Assembly: GCA_963706575.1 (NCBI GenBank)
Contig: CAVPNL010000005.1
Location: 288,001 to 352,000 of the forward strand
DNA length: 64,000 nucleotides
From: an uncultured delta proteobacterium
GTDB lineage: Bacteria > Desulfobacterota > Desulfobacteria > Desulfobacterales > JAHEIW01
Direction of reading: 5' to 3'
Made by a program: the position numbers and the translations under genes. The notes below the pieces were generated by a model that searched no databases, was not told the origin of the DNA, and saw only the letters and a list, made by a program, of their open reading frames with translations. Positions 30,056 through 40,195 of this stretch are shown piece by piece (positions within the stretch are counted from its first letter, which is position 1; every line of letters starts with the position of its first letter).

Positions 30056-30564
30056 AACTAACCGACATCGCACCGTTGGACAAATGGCTTGAACTCGAAC
30101 AAAAGATCAATGAACGCACCGGTTTAAATGCTTCGGTATTTAATGACGACGGGATGCGCATTACCAATTTTAAACGCTGGGCCAACAAACTCTGCCCGGT
30201 CATCAAAGCCGATGAAAAAGGGCAGAATTATATCTGTGCCGTTGCGCACCAAAATATTGCGGCCGAAGCTCAACGCTCGCACCAGCCGGTCATCGCTGAA
30301 TGTGATGCCGGTTTGATGAAAATGGTGGTCCCTATTTTCGTAAATGATGAATTCCTGGGGGTTGCCGGTGGTTGTGGTTATATAATGGAAAATGGTGAAG
30401 TCGATACCTTTATGGTCAACAAAACCATCGGCATTGCAGATGAGAAGCTAAAGAATCTGCTAGATGACATTCCCGTAATGACCCCGGATGAGGCCCAATC
30501 CCACACCGGGTTTATCCAAAATGAAGTGGACCAAATTTTAAAAGCATACGAGAATACTTCATAA
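30052..30564 (+). CDS. Stand-alone PocR ligand-binding domain protein
   Basis: Three spaced Cys (LCPVIK, YICAV, ECDAGL) and VPIFVNDEFLG, typical of PocR. Confidence 0.75.
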   Translation: MKLTDIAPLDKWLELEQKINERTGLNASVFNDDGMRITNFKRWANKLCPVIKADEKGQNYICAVAHQNIAAEAQRSHQPVIAECDAGLMKMVVPIFVNDEFLGVAGGCGYIMENGEVDTFMVNKTIGIADEKLKNLLDDIPVMTPDEAQSHTGFIQNEVDQILKAYENTS

Positions 30565-30722
30565 ATCGAGATCCATTTTCTTTGAGAGCAGCTGCCGAAG
30601 CGGTTTCACATGAGATCTGCTTTTCATATCCACGGCAACATCGCCAACGCAACATCCATTGCTGAAAACTTTCGCGCTCCTAAAAGAATGAGTTTGATAA
30701 AACCACTCAGAAAGGAAAAAAA

Positions 30723-32180
30723 ATGGCTTTAATGACACCGGATCAGTTTGAAGAGAGTTTGAAAGCGCTCAAGCCAAGGGTATTTATGAATGGGAAACAG
30801 GTAAAGAATATCCTTGAAAACCGAAACACCCGAACCGTAGTAGAAGCAAACAAGGCCAGCTATGCCTGGGCGCTGGATCCGCAATATAAGGATATCATGT
30901 CCTGTTATTCCCCGCTGATAGACGATCAGGTCAACCGCTACACTCATATAAGTGCCAGCACCGACGATCTGGTCAAAAAGGCTCAAGCCGGTACGTTTAC
31001 TGCTGAAATGCTGGGGACGTGCATCTACCGGTGTGTCGGATACGATGCGTTTCATTCCCTGGCCAGTACCTGCTGGGAGATGGATAACGATCTGGGGACC
31101 GATTATCATCCGCGCTTTATGGAATACCTTAAAATGGTGCAGACAAAGGATCTCTCCGTCGCCGGAGCGCTTACCGAGCCAAGGGGTAAACGCAGCCAAA
31201 AGACCTTGGACTGGCCGGATCCCTATCTTTCATTAAAGTTGGTGGATAAAAACAAAGACGGTATCATTGTCCGTGGGGCTAAAATAAACATCAGTGGTGC
31301 CTATGCCAGCCATGAGCTTGTGGTTTTACCGCAGGCCGCGCATTTCGAGGGTGAGGAAGACTATGCCATCGCATTTGCGACACCCAGCGATGCAGACGGG
31401 ATTACTTATGTGTGCCAGTATTCACCCTATTCCGCGGAGAGGGATTTAGCCGATGATCTCTCAGAACTTGGAAATCCCGTGTTTGGTCAGAGAGAGACAG
31501 CCATGGTCATTTTTAATGACGTATTTGTTCCCTGGGAAAGGGTTTTTCACTGTGGCGAGTGCAACTATTCTTTAAAGCTCGTTAGCCGATTTGCCAAGAC
31601 CCACCGGATGACATGTGGCGGCACCTGTAAGGTGGGTTTCCTGAATCAGATTATCGGGGCCTCGAAATTGATACAGGAATACAAAGGGCTTGAAGAGGCC
31701 ACCCATATCAATGATCAGTTGATGGAGATGGTCGTTTTACGGGAAACCGGTCGAGCCTGCGGCCTGGCCTCTGCCACCGAGGGTGCAGAGGAACCCCTCG
31801 GCTCGGGCGTATTCTTGCCGGATGAACTCATGAGCAATGTGGCCAAATTAAATATTTGCAATGCCTTCTGGCGGGTTATGGCACTGGCAGGTGATATCGG
31901 GGGGGGATTGATTGTCACCCTGCCCTCTCTAAAAGAGCTGAAAAATCCTGAAGTTAAGGACTATGTGAAGGAGTTTTACAGCTTTGGCTCCGATGTGCCC
32001 ACCGAAAGTATTATGAAAGTCCATAAACTTTTACAACACTGGACGGCCGGCCAGCATGGCGTCGCCACCTGGCATGGCGCCGGGCCGGTTATGGCCAACA
32101 AGATTATGCTGCAACGGGTGATTGACTACGAACGGGATAAAAAAATTGTAAGGCAAACATTAGATTTGAAAGAAATTTAG
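30723..32180 (+). CDS. 4-hydroxybutyryl-CoA dehydratase (AbfD)-like / HpaB-family flavoprotein
   Basis: GTCIYRCVG and HRMTCGGTCKVG retain the three Cys plus His Fe-S ligands of AbfD; IIVRGAK, VFVPWERVF. Confidence 0.75.
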   Translation: MALMTPDQFEESLKALKPRVFMNGKQVKNILENRNTRTVVEANKASYAWALDPQYKDIMSCYSPLIDDQVNRYTHISASTDDLVKKAQAGTFTAEMLGTCIYRCVGYDAFHSLASTCWEMDNDLGTDYHPRFMEYLKMVQTKDLSVAGALTEPRGKRSQKTLDWPDPYLSLKLVDKNKDGIIVRGAKINISGAYASHELVVLPQAAHFEGEEDYAIAFATPSDADGITYVCQYSPYSAERDLADDLSELGNPVFGQRETAMVIFNDVFVPWERVFHCGECNYSLKLVSRFAKTHRMTCGGTCKVGFLNQIIGASKLIQEYKGLEEATHINDQLMEMVVLRETGRACGLASATEGAEEPLGSGVFLPDELMSNVAKLNICNAFWRVMALAGDIGGGLIVTLPSLKELKNPEVKDYVKEFYSFGSDVPTESIMKVHKLLQHWTAGQHGVATWHGAGPVMANKIMLQRVIDYERDKKIVRQTLDLKEI

Positions 32181-32327
32181 CGTAATGAATATTGACTTCT
32201 ACTTCGAGATGCTAATGTTTCCTGTATAATTGCCCAGCGAACCTGAATCTGGGCAAATTTTTCAACAGAATCATCGTCAACCCAAGTTTGAAACCATCAG
32301 GATGCATCTCAATGAAGGGAGGCCGTC

Positions 32328-32531
32328 ATGTCCGTCGCTAAAATTACCGAAATCTCAGCTACCTCAAAAGAAAGTTTTGATGATGCCTTGAACGCCGGCG
32401 TTGCGCGGGCCAACAAAACATTAAAAAATGTTAAGAGCGTCTGGGTTAAAGATCAACAGGTCGATGTTGAAAACGGAAAGATCTCCGAGTACAAGGTGCT
32501 TTTGAAAGTGACTTTTGTGCTCGAAGACTAG
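32328..32531 (+). CDS. Dodecin family flavin-binding protein
   Basis: SVAKITEISATS..SFDDA..G..RA.KTL.NV...WV...EYKV.LKVTF. Confidence 0.88.
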   Translation: MSVAKITEISATSKESFDDALNAGVARANKTLKNVKSVWVKDQQVDVENGKISEYKVLLKVTFVLED

Positions 32532-32575
32532 AAGCCGTCAATTTTTTAAGATCCGTCAAACTATCCAACAAAAAC

Positions 32576-32609
32576 AAAAGGAATCCACCTCAAGGGGATT
32601 CCTTTTTTT
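32576..32609 (+). terminator. Intrinsic terminator
   Basis: AAAAGGAATCC...GGATTCCTTTTTTT. Confidence 0.75.
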
Positions 32610-32807
32610 ATTCTATACAGTGGCAATTGAAAAGCGGTGTGTCAAGTATGCTGAAGATGTATCATCCAGCCAAGGGTCTGACCCTGCTTATTTATAGATA
32701 ATAGTGTATTTTAGATATTGTCAGAACCAATCAAAAACGGTACCAATATAAACACCCAAATCGCGCCGGCGCGCAATTTAACCATCTTGATCAGAAAGGA
32801 AAACGAA

Positions 32808-33833
32808 TTGGCAATTCCTGGCAATTTATTGACAACCGCCATGGCGGTTATGCCCCATACCGATGTCGAGCGCGCACTTGAAATGGCGTTATCGCTGGAT
32901 GTGCCTTTCTGGCCTCAGCTGCCCAACACCAGTTACTATGAAGATATGTATGTACAGGCGGCCGAGCATTTTCCGGGCATTTTGCTGGATATGGAAAAGC
33001 GGACCCTGAGGTTTTCGCTGGAAAAATTTATCGACGAATTTGAAGACACCATGGCCCATTTTGAAGAGCCGCAATACTTTGACATCAGTGAGACCTATTC
33101 GGTTGTCTATCACCGCTTTTTATCGATGGCGCTGGCGGATCGCCCGGCGATTCGGGGCCAGCTCGAAGGCCCGATCAGTTTCGGGTTCAATATTCTGGAT
33201 CAAGATGAACGCCCGATTCTGTTTGACGATACGGTGCGGCCCTTTATGCTGGAGTTTTTAGCCCGGCGGGTAAATGTCCAGCTGCAGCGCCTTAAAACCC
33301 TCAACGAAAATGCCTTTATGTTTATTGACGAACCCGGCCTGCAGTTTCTTTTTTCGGCCATGGCCGGCTATGGGGATGTGAAAGCCAAAACAGATCTGGA
33401 TCTGTTTTTTTCGATGGTCGACAGACCGCGCGGTATTCATCTCTGCGGTAATCCGGATTGGGATTTTCTGCTGGGGTTGGATCTGGATGTCCTGTCGATG
33501 GATATCTACACCAACGCTGAAATATTCTCCTCCTATGCTTCGTCAATTAAGCGTTTTATTGAAAGGGGCGGCGTGCTGGTCTGGGGAATTGTGCCGACCG
33601 GGACGGAATTTTTTGAAAAAGAAAACATCGACTCATTGATTGCCCAGATGGAGGGTGTCTGGCAAATCCTGGGCAAAAAAGGCATCGATATGGAGCACCT
33701 GCTGGCCCGCAGCCAGCTTTCTCCGGCCACTTGCTGTCTGGTCAATCCGGACAAGGAAAAAACGGTTGAAAAGGCATTTGCGTTAATTAATCATTTATCA
33801 CAGGTGTTGAAGGAAAAATATAATCTCATTTGA
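32808..33833 (+). CDS. Core (single-barrel) methionine-synthase-II/MetE-like protein
   Basis: FWPQLP, FIDEP, GIHLCGN, WGIVPT, SPATCCL; TTG start after AGAAAGGA. Confidence 0.6.
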   Translation: MAIPGNLLTTAMAVMPHTDVERALEMALSLDVPFWPQLPNTSYYEDMYVQAAEHFPGILLDMEKRTLRFSLEKFIDEFEDTMAHFEEPQYFDISETYSVVYHRFLSMALADRPAIRGQLEGPISFGFNILDQDERPILFDDTVRPFMLEFLARRVNVQLQRLKTLNENAFMFIDEPGLQFLFSAMAGYGDVKAKTDLDLFFSMVDRPRGIHLCGNPDWDFLLGLDLDVLSMDIYTNAEIFSSYASSIKRFIERGGVLVWGIVPTGTEFFEKENIDSLIAQMEGVWQILGKKGIDMEHLLARSQLSPATCCLVNPDKEKTVEKAFALINHLSQVLKEKYNLI

Positions 33834-33878
33834 AGTGGGTTTTATTGATGTGCCCTAAAAATAAGTTTAAAAATGACC

Positions 33879-33943
33879 GTCACTCCCGCGCAGGCGGGAG
33901 TCCAGTTCAAAGACCTCTGGATTCCCGCCTGCGCGGGAATGAC
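33879..33943. repeat. REP-like palindromic doublet
   Basis: GTCACTCCCGCGCAGGCGGGAGTCCAG ... CTGGATTCCCGCCTGCGCGGGAATGAC, nested in a weaker outer inverted repeat (about 33849-34000). Confidence 0.8.
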
Positions 33944-34067
33944 AAATGGGTAGCACGCCTCAGTACTTATTAATATTTTAGACAATATTTCAGGGACACA
34001 AAACTAGTACATAGGAAGCATGGTAGAGAAAAAAGCAGATGATGCGCCGCCATTCAGGAGTAATACT

Positions 34068-35310
34068 ATGAAGGCCTTAACGCGTGAAGATTTTCAGAAA
34101 CTTGACCACGACGATCCTCTGGCTGGTTTCCGGGAGGAATTTTTTATCCCGCCAGATGTGATCTATATGGACGGCAACTCCTTGGGGGCCATGCCAAAGG
34201 CCGCCGCCCGGCGCGTGGGCCAGGTGACAGAACGGGAATGGGGGGTTGACCTTATCAAAAGTTGGAATACCGCCGACTGGTTTACTGCCCCGCAGCGCGT
34301 TGGGGACAAAATCGCCAAAATCATCGGTGCGGACTTGGGTGAAGTCGTCGCAACGGATTCAACGAGCATCAACCTTTTCAAAGTGCTGGCTGCTGCGCTG
34401 ATGATCAATTCTGATCGGTCCGTGATCGTCATGGAGGGCAGCAATTTTCCCACCGACAATTACATTGCCCAGGGCCTGATCGAATTTCTGGGGCGGCAGC
34501 ACCGGATCCGGTTTGTGGAAAAAGACGGCGTGATGGACGCGCTTGATGAACGGGTGGCGGTCGTATCTCTGACCGACGTACATTACAAAACCGGACACCG
34601 GCTGGATATGGATGCCATTACCGCCAGGGCTCATCAACATGGCGTACTGACCGTCTGGGACCTGTGCCATAGTGCCGGTGCCGTTCCCGTTGACCTGAAC
34701 GGTTCCGGTGCCGACTTCGCAGTGGGATGCGGCTATAAGTATCTTAACGGGGGTCCGGGGGCCCCGGCTTTTCTTTTTGTGGCCAGACGGCACCAGGACC
34801 AAGTGAGGCAGCCGCTGACGGGCTGGTGGAGCCACAGCGCGCCCTTTGGCTTCACCAGAGATTATGAAAGCACTGAAGGTATCAGCCGCATGCTGTGCGG
34901 CACGCAGCCGATTATCAGCCTCTGTGCGCTGGAGGTGGGGGTGGATATCATGGTAGAGCGCAGACCTTTACAAAATTAGAGAAAAGTCCAAAAAAATGGG
35001 CGACCTGTTCATCGCCCTGACTGAGCAGAAGTGCGCTGAATACGGCTTTGGCATCGCCAGCCCCCGCAAGGCAGACACGCGCGGCAGTCAGGTCTCCTTG
35101 GTGCACCCGAACGGTTATGCCATCATGCAGGCCCTGATCGAACGGGGTGTGATCGGTGATTTTCGCGCCCCGGATATCCTGCGCTTTGGTTTCACGCCGC
35201 TTTACCTCAGATATGTGGATGTGTGGGATGCCATGGATATTCTGGCGGATATCATGGCCAATGAGATCTGGCAGGATCCCAAATACCAGGTCCGGGCGGC
35301 AGTAACCTGA
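34068..35310 (+). CDS. kynU: Kynureninase, one +1 frameshift near 34960
   Basis: IYMDGNSLG, WDLCHSAG, GCGYKYLNGGPG (PLP Lys); C-terminal RGSQV and GVIGDFRAPDILRFG lie in ORF 34996..35310. Confidence 0.88.
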
Positions 35311-35434
35311 CCTGCAGGTAAGGATTATAATAAAGAGAGAAAAATTTGTGAAAGCGCCGGCCTGACGCCGGTCAAAGGGCCGCCTTCGCTTAATAACCGT
35401 TATGTTACCGAAGATATTCCATTAACTAAATCTT

Positions 35435-36295
35435 TCATACCCCGTGGCTGCGCGGATAGGCTGACGGCTCGGGGGGCACCCAATCCACGAGCGCCTTCGG
35501 GTCGGGGCGGTAAATCTCGACCTTCAACGGGTAACAGGCCGCCGCGTCGCTGGAATGCTCGCTGCTGCAATCACCGCCGGGGCAGGCCGACAGCGCAGCC
35601 AGCAGGTCGATCTCGGCAAAAAATTCGATATAATCGCCGGGGCGCGCCGGGCTTGCCTTCATGAAATACAGATGCGTGTCAAGGGTGAAACCCGTGCACA
35701 TGAAGACGTTGAGCACATCATGCACATGTGTTTCGGCCTCATGCGGCGGTAGCCCGGTTTCAGAGGCCAGGGCGCGGGTCAGGTTCGAATGGCAGCAATG
35801 GTGATAATCCTGCCCGCTCAGCAACCGGTTGGTATAGGGATCGCAGCGCGTGCCGATCACGTCATGCACCCCGCCGCCATAAGCATCGAAACCATACCAA
35901 TCGAGTGAGTCATAGGTGATCGTCGCCATCGGTCGCATATAAGGAAAACTGCTCCACATGCGGTCACCGGTACTCAGGTGGGTACCATGCATCGCACGGG
36001 TCTTACCGCTGTAGAAGCGTTCTGACAGGTCATCCGCCGACCAGAGATTTAAATCGCCCACCTGTGGGCCGTCAACGCTGACGATCCGGAAAAAATTTCC
36101 TGAAGGAACCCGAAAGGTTCTGGCATCACGCGGCGGCACGATCAGTTCATCCGTCAATTCCATCGTTTTGCGTGCGGCGGCATAGGTGGCCATGTCCGGT
36201 GCGGGCAGGGTATCGATTGTGTAGACGGTTACAGGCTTGATCGCCCTGCGGGCGTCGGCATCGGCTGGAGCTTGGCTTTGGGCAGTGCGTTTCAT
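35435..36295 (-). CDS. DUF1989 / urea carboxylase-associated family protein
   Basis: GPQVGDLN, HDVIGTRCDPY, CCHSNL, LNVFMC, SACPGGD; the 5' extension in the ORF track looks non-coding. Confidence 0.8.
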   Translation of the reverse strand: MKRTAQSQAPADADARRAIKPVTVYTIDTLPAPDMATYAAARKTMELTDELIVPPRDARTFRVPSGNFFRIVSVDGPQVGDLNLWSADDLSERFYSGKTRAMHGTHLSTGDRMWSSFPYMRPMATITYDSLDWYGFDAYGGGVHDVIGTRCDPYTNRLLSGQDYHHCCHSNLTRALASETGLPPHEAETHVHDVLNVFMCTGFTLDTHLYFMKASPARPGDYIEFFAEIDLLAALSACPGGDCSSEHSSDAAACYPLKVEIYRPDPKALVDWVPPEPSAYPRSHGV

Positions 36296-36644
36296 GGGTG
36301 GTCTTTCAGTAAAGGTTCGTGTAACTATTTTAGGCAGATGCGGGCTTAGCCACCTGGATTGCATAGAGGCGCGGCCATGAAAAAGCTCCGAATATCCACC
36401 AAAGCATTTTACACAGCGGCCACGAGTTCCTTTATCACCGGCATATATAATGGTCAAGCAAGAATGACCACCCAGGTTAAGCTGTATTGGAGTTTTAATT
36501 TTATTGCATCCAAAATCTAAAATCATAAATCTACAAATTTTCTAAGAATTAACAATTTGACCGTAGCCTGCATGTTCGGGTATTAATATGATAATTATCA
36601 TACCGAGCGCATGAATATTCACTATGAATGTTGATGGTATATTC

Positions 36645-36790
36645 GAAGTGGTTTCAAAATTCCAGATCAGGTTTCCAGCGGCAAGACGCAGGCCGATTGG
36701 GACAGCGCAGCATACATGGGTATGTGAGCAATTACAGGAGGTCTGCAATCCCGGCCATTGGGCCGTGAGATGGGGTTTTGATACCACTTC
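36645..36790. mobile_element. Short MITE-like element
   Basis: GAAGTGGTTTCAAAA and TTTTGATACCACTTC (1 mismatch), with a central CATAC-atgg-GTATG hairpin. Confidence 0.55.
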
Positions 36791-36818
36791 TAGAATATAT
36801 ACCATGGAACGGAGGCTT

Positions 36819-38096
36819 ATGAGTGAAGAAAAGCTTGAAAAGGCATTGCGCTATCGATGGCTGATTTTCTGGATTCTTGCATTCAGCTATATACTGGTCT
36901 ACTTTCACCGCCTTTGCCCCGCTGTGGTGGCCGAAGACATGAGAAGGGATCTGGCTACTGGAGGCGGGCTTTTGGGTCTTTTAGGATCCGCCTATTTTTA
37001 TCCCTATGCCCTGATGCAGCTGCCTGCCGGCCTGCTTTCAGATTCCTGGGGGCCACGAAAGACGATTTCGCTTTTTTTCTGTGTGGCTTTTGCCGGTTCC
37101 GTAATCCTGGGTATGGCGCCAAATGTCTATACTGCCATTGTGGGTAGAACGCTTGTGGGTTTGGGAGTGGCCATGCTTTTTGCGCCGACCCTGAAAGTGC
37201 TGGCAGAGTGGTTTCGAGTGAAAGAATTTGCGATGATGACTGGAATCCTTATGGCGATGGGCGGGATCGGGTCTTACAGCGCAGCAACACCCCTTGCCTA
37301 TATCAGCAACTGGATCGGCTGGCGCCAGTCTTTTGTGTTGGTCGGAATTTTAACATTGGGATTGGCTGCACTGGTATGGGCCTTTGTGCGAGACCGGCCG
37401 GCTGACATGGGCTGGCCCTCTCCTTCAGACCCCTCAGGACCTGCCGGCGAGTCTGCCGGCCTGATGCAAGGGGTGAAAATGGTCCTTATTCACCCGCGTT
37501 TCTGGGCTCTCGCATGCTGGTTCTTTTTTTCCTATGCGATATTTTTCTCCTTCATCGGCCTTTGGGGCGGTCCATTTCTGATACAGATCTACGACCTTAG
37601 CAAAACCAAGGCAGGCCATGTCCTTTCCATGTCGGCCATTGGCATGATTGCGGGTAGTCCCATTCTGAGCTATCTTTCCAACAATATTTTCAAGGCCCGA
37701 AAACCGATTCTGATTCTATCGAGTATCTTAACGGTGATCATCACAGGCAGCCTCTATATTTTTACCCAGAATATTCCAATTCCGCTACTCTACTTGATTT
37801 GCTTAGGAATCGGTATTTTTTTAGGCGCTGTCACAACCATCGGATTTACCACGAATAAAGAGCTGTTTCCGGTTTCGATTGCCGGCACAGCCACAGGATT
37901 GATCAACATTTTCCCCTTTCTCGGCGGAGCCATATTTCAGATCATATTGGGCGCTGTATTGGACAGTCAGGGAATTACCCCATCGGGAGGGTTTACCCTT
38001 CAGGGATTCAGGTACGCATTTCTGGTACTCTTTCTCTGTGGATGGGTAGCTTGTATCTTCAGCTTCCTTATTCAAGAAACCCTGAAGACAAGATAA
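36819..38096 (+). CDS. MFS transporter
   Basis: About 12 hydrophobic helices, GLLSDSWGPRK motif A; GGAGG RBS before ATG 36819. Confidence 0.88.
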   Translation: MSEEKLEKALRYRWLIFWILAFSYILVYFHRLCPAVVAEDMRRDLATGGGLLGLLGSAYFYPYALMQLPAGLLSDSWGPRKTISLFFCVAFAGSVILGMAPNVYTAIVGRTLVGLGVAMLFAPTLKVLAEWFRVKEFAMMTGILMAMGGIGSYSAATPLAYISNWIGWRQSFVLVGILTLGLAALVWAFVRDRPADMGWPSPSDPSGPAGESAGLMQGVKMVLIHPRFWALACWFFFSYAIFFSFIGLWGGPFLIQIYDLSKTKAGHVLSMSAIGMIAGSPILSYLSNNIFKARKPILILSSILTVIITGSLYIFTQNIPIPLLYLICLGIGIFLGAVTTIGFTTNKELFPVSIAGTATGLINIFPFLGGAIFQIILGAVLDSQGITPSGGFTLQGFRYAFLVLFLCGWVACIFSFLIQETLKTR

Positions 38097-38540
38097 GGGT
38101 TTTATCCTTAAGTTTAATCTGACAGGTCGAACAAGATCTAGGTGAATTGATTGACCTTACAACGCCTTTGCTTATCCAAATTTAAAAATCTTTTAACACA
38201 TCTATGAATTTTTGAACGATTCATCAGTGATCAGTATTCAAAATTATCAAACTTTTAATAAGATAAGCTTCAATGATCACAGACGTTAGCACGGGTCATC
38301 AGCGTTTTATTTAGATAGCTACTGACGCGCTCTTCCGGTTTCAGTGTGGGGGCTCAGGAGACCACCTTGATGCCCTTTTCACCCTAAAGGTCAACAGTTC
38401 CGGTGTTTGATAGTTTACATAAAGTGTTGCCTCAAACTCTATTTCTGATTATAAATAATTCAGAGAAAAGACATTCAGGTAATAATTAAGCGGTTGGATA
38501 TCGTAATGTATCGACCACAACAACCAATGAGGATTCAGTA

Positions 38541-40107
38541 ATGGCCACTTCTTCGCCTTGGAAAATCGTCCTGATTGATGACGAAAAAGATATCCGGGAA
38601 GTAATGGCCATTGCCCTTCAGGACGCCGGCTACACGGTTGATATTGCAGCTGACGGTGCCACAGGCCTTAAGCTCTGTGAAGACAGCTCCCCCCAGATCG
38701 TGATCACCGATATTCGTATGCCGGGCATGGACGGCCTCCAGGTGCTGGAAACCATTAAAAAGAAATATCCGGATATTGAAGTTATTGTCGCCACCGCTTT
38801 TGGTGAGATAGACCTTGCTATCCGTGCCCTCCAGCTAGACGCTTCAGACTTTATTACCAAACCGATCAGCGATGAGGCTCTGTATCTTGCTTTGAATCGA
38901 GCCAGGGAGCGATTTAATTCCAGAAAGCAACTCAAGGATTACACGGCCCTTTTGGAAAAGGAAAAAGCAGAAACCAGTCAGGAACTTCTAAAGAGCATTG
39001 CCTTTCAAAGAAATCTGATTGATAGCTCGATGGATGGTATCCTGGGCTGCGATGACAACGATACAGTGGTAACCTACAATCAGAGTATGGAACAGATACT
39101 GGGTTATGCAAAGACAGAAGTTCTTCATAAAATGACCATTAAGCAATTTTTCCCTGCAGGGAAACTGGCGCACTTTAAGGCAGAATTGTCCAGTGATACC
39201 TATGGTGGAGAAAACCGGTTGATTCTTTATGAAACGAGTCTACTGGAGAAATCCGGACATGAAATACCGGTTCAGGTTTCGGCCAACCTGCTGTTTGAGC
39301 AGGGGCGTGCAAAACGGACTGGTCTGCTTTTTCAGGGATCTGCGCAAAATTCGCAAACTCGAACGGGAAGTTTCGGATCAAGCCCGCATCCTTCACCAGG
39401 ACAAAATGATGTCTCTGGGAAGACTGGCCGCCAGCGTCGTCCATGAAATAAACAACCCGTTGTCCGGAATTCTAAATTATCTTCGCCTGATGAGCCGAAT
39501 TTTGGGTAAAGGTTCTTTGTCAGAGAATCATAAAGAAAAATTCCAACGCTACTTGGACTTGGTAGAGAATGAAACCCATCGCTGTTCCCAGATCGTTTCC
39601 GGCCTGCTCAGTTTTTCTCGCATGTCGCCACCGTCTTTTGGACAGGTCCAAATCGATGAACTTCTGCAACGATGTATCCTCTTAAGCCAGCATAAACTGG
39701 AATTGAGTAACATTCGACTCGAATCCAGTGTCCAATCGAATCTGCCGCCGGTTACTGGAGATTTCAATCAGCTTCAGCAGTGTGTGATTAACCTTATTTT
39801 TAATGCCATCGATGCCATGCCAGACGGTGGAACTCTTGAATTAAGTTGTCGCTACGATACAGATCGAGATGTGGTGATTGTCAGGGTAAAAGACTCGGGT
39901 TGCGGGATTCCCAGGGAGGATCTGGCGCACATCTTCGAGCCATTTTACACCACCAAAAAAGAAGGCTATGGGGTGGGACTCGGTCTTTCCACTGTTTACG
40001 GGATTATGGAGCAACACCATGGCAGCGTTAATGTTGAGAGCCGGTCAGGAGCGGGGACTGCAATTATGCTCGAATTGCCCGTTTGCGATTCGAATAAAGG
40101 CGGATGA
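38541..40107 (+). CDS. Receiver-PAS-histidine kinase hybrid, one +1 frameshift near 39310
   Basis: LIDDE, ITDIRMP in 38541..39446; HEINNPL H-box and GVGLGL in 39229..40107. Confidence 0.85.
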
Positions 40108-40195
40108 AAAAATTGCTTAATTATTTTGATAACCGATACAAAACCCGCTCGTTAAAAACGGTTATTTCTGAATTTTTAGACAACCATCAATAACA

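Noticed and set aside
36296..36526. N-terminal extension of the DUF1989 ORF
   Set aside because: It is low-information sequence before the recognisable domain; ATG 36295 is the more plausible start.
36624..36818. 65-aa N-terminal extension of the MFS transporter
   Set aside because: It translates a MITE-like repeat; the RBS supports ATG 36819.
38280..38410. GC-richer patch in the MFS-kinase spacer as a riboswitch or ncRNA
   Set aside because: I could not match it to any known RNA family or find a convincing fold; it needs an Rfam/Infernal search.
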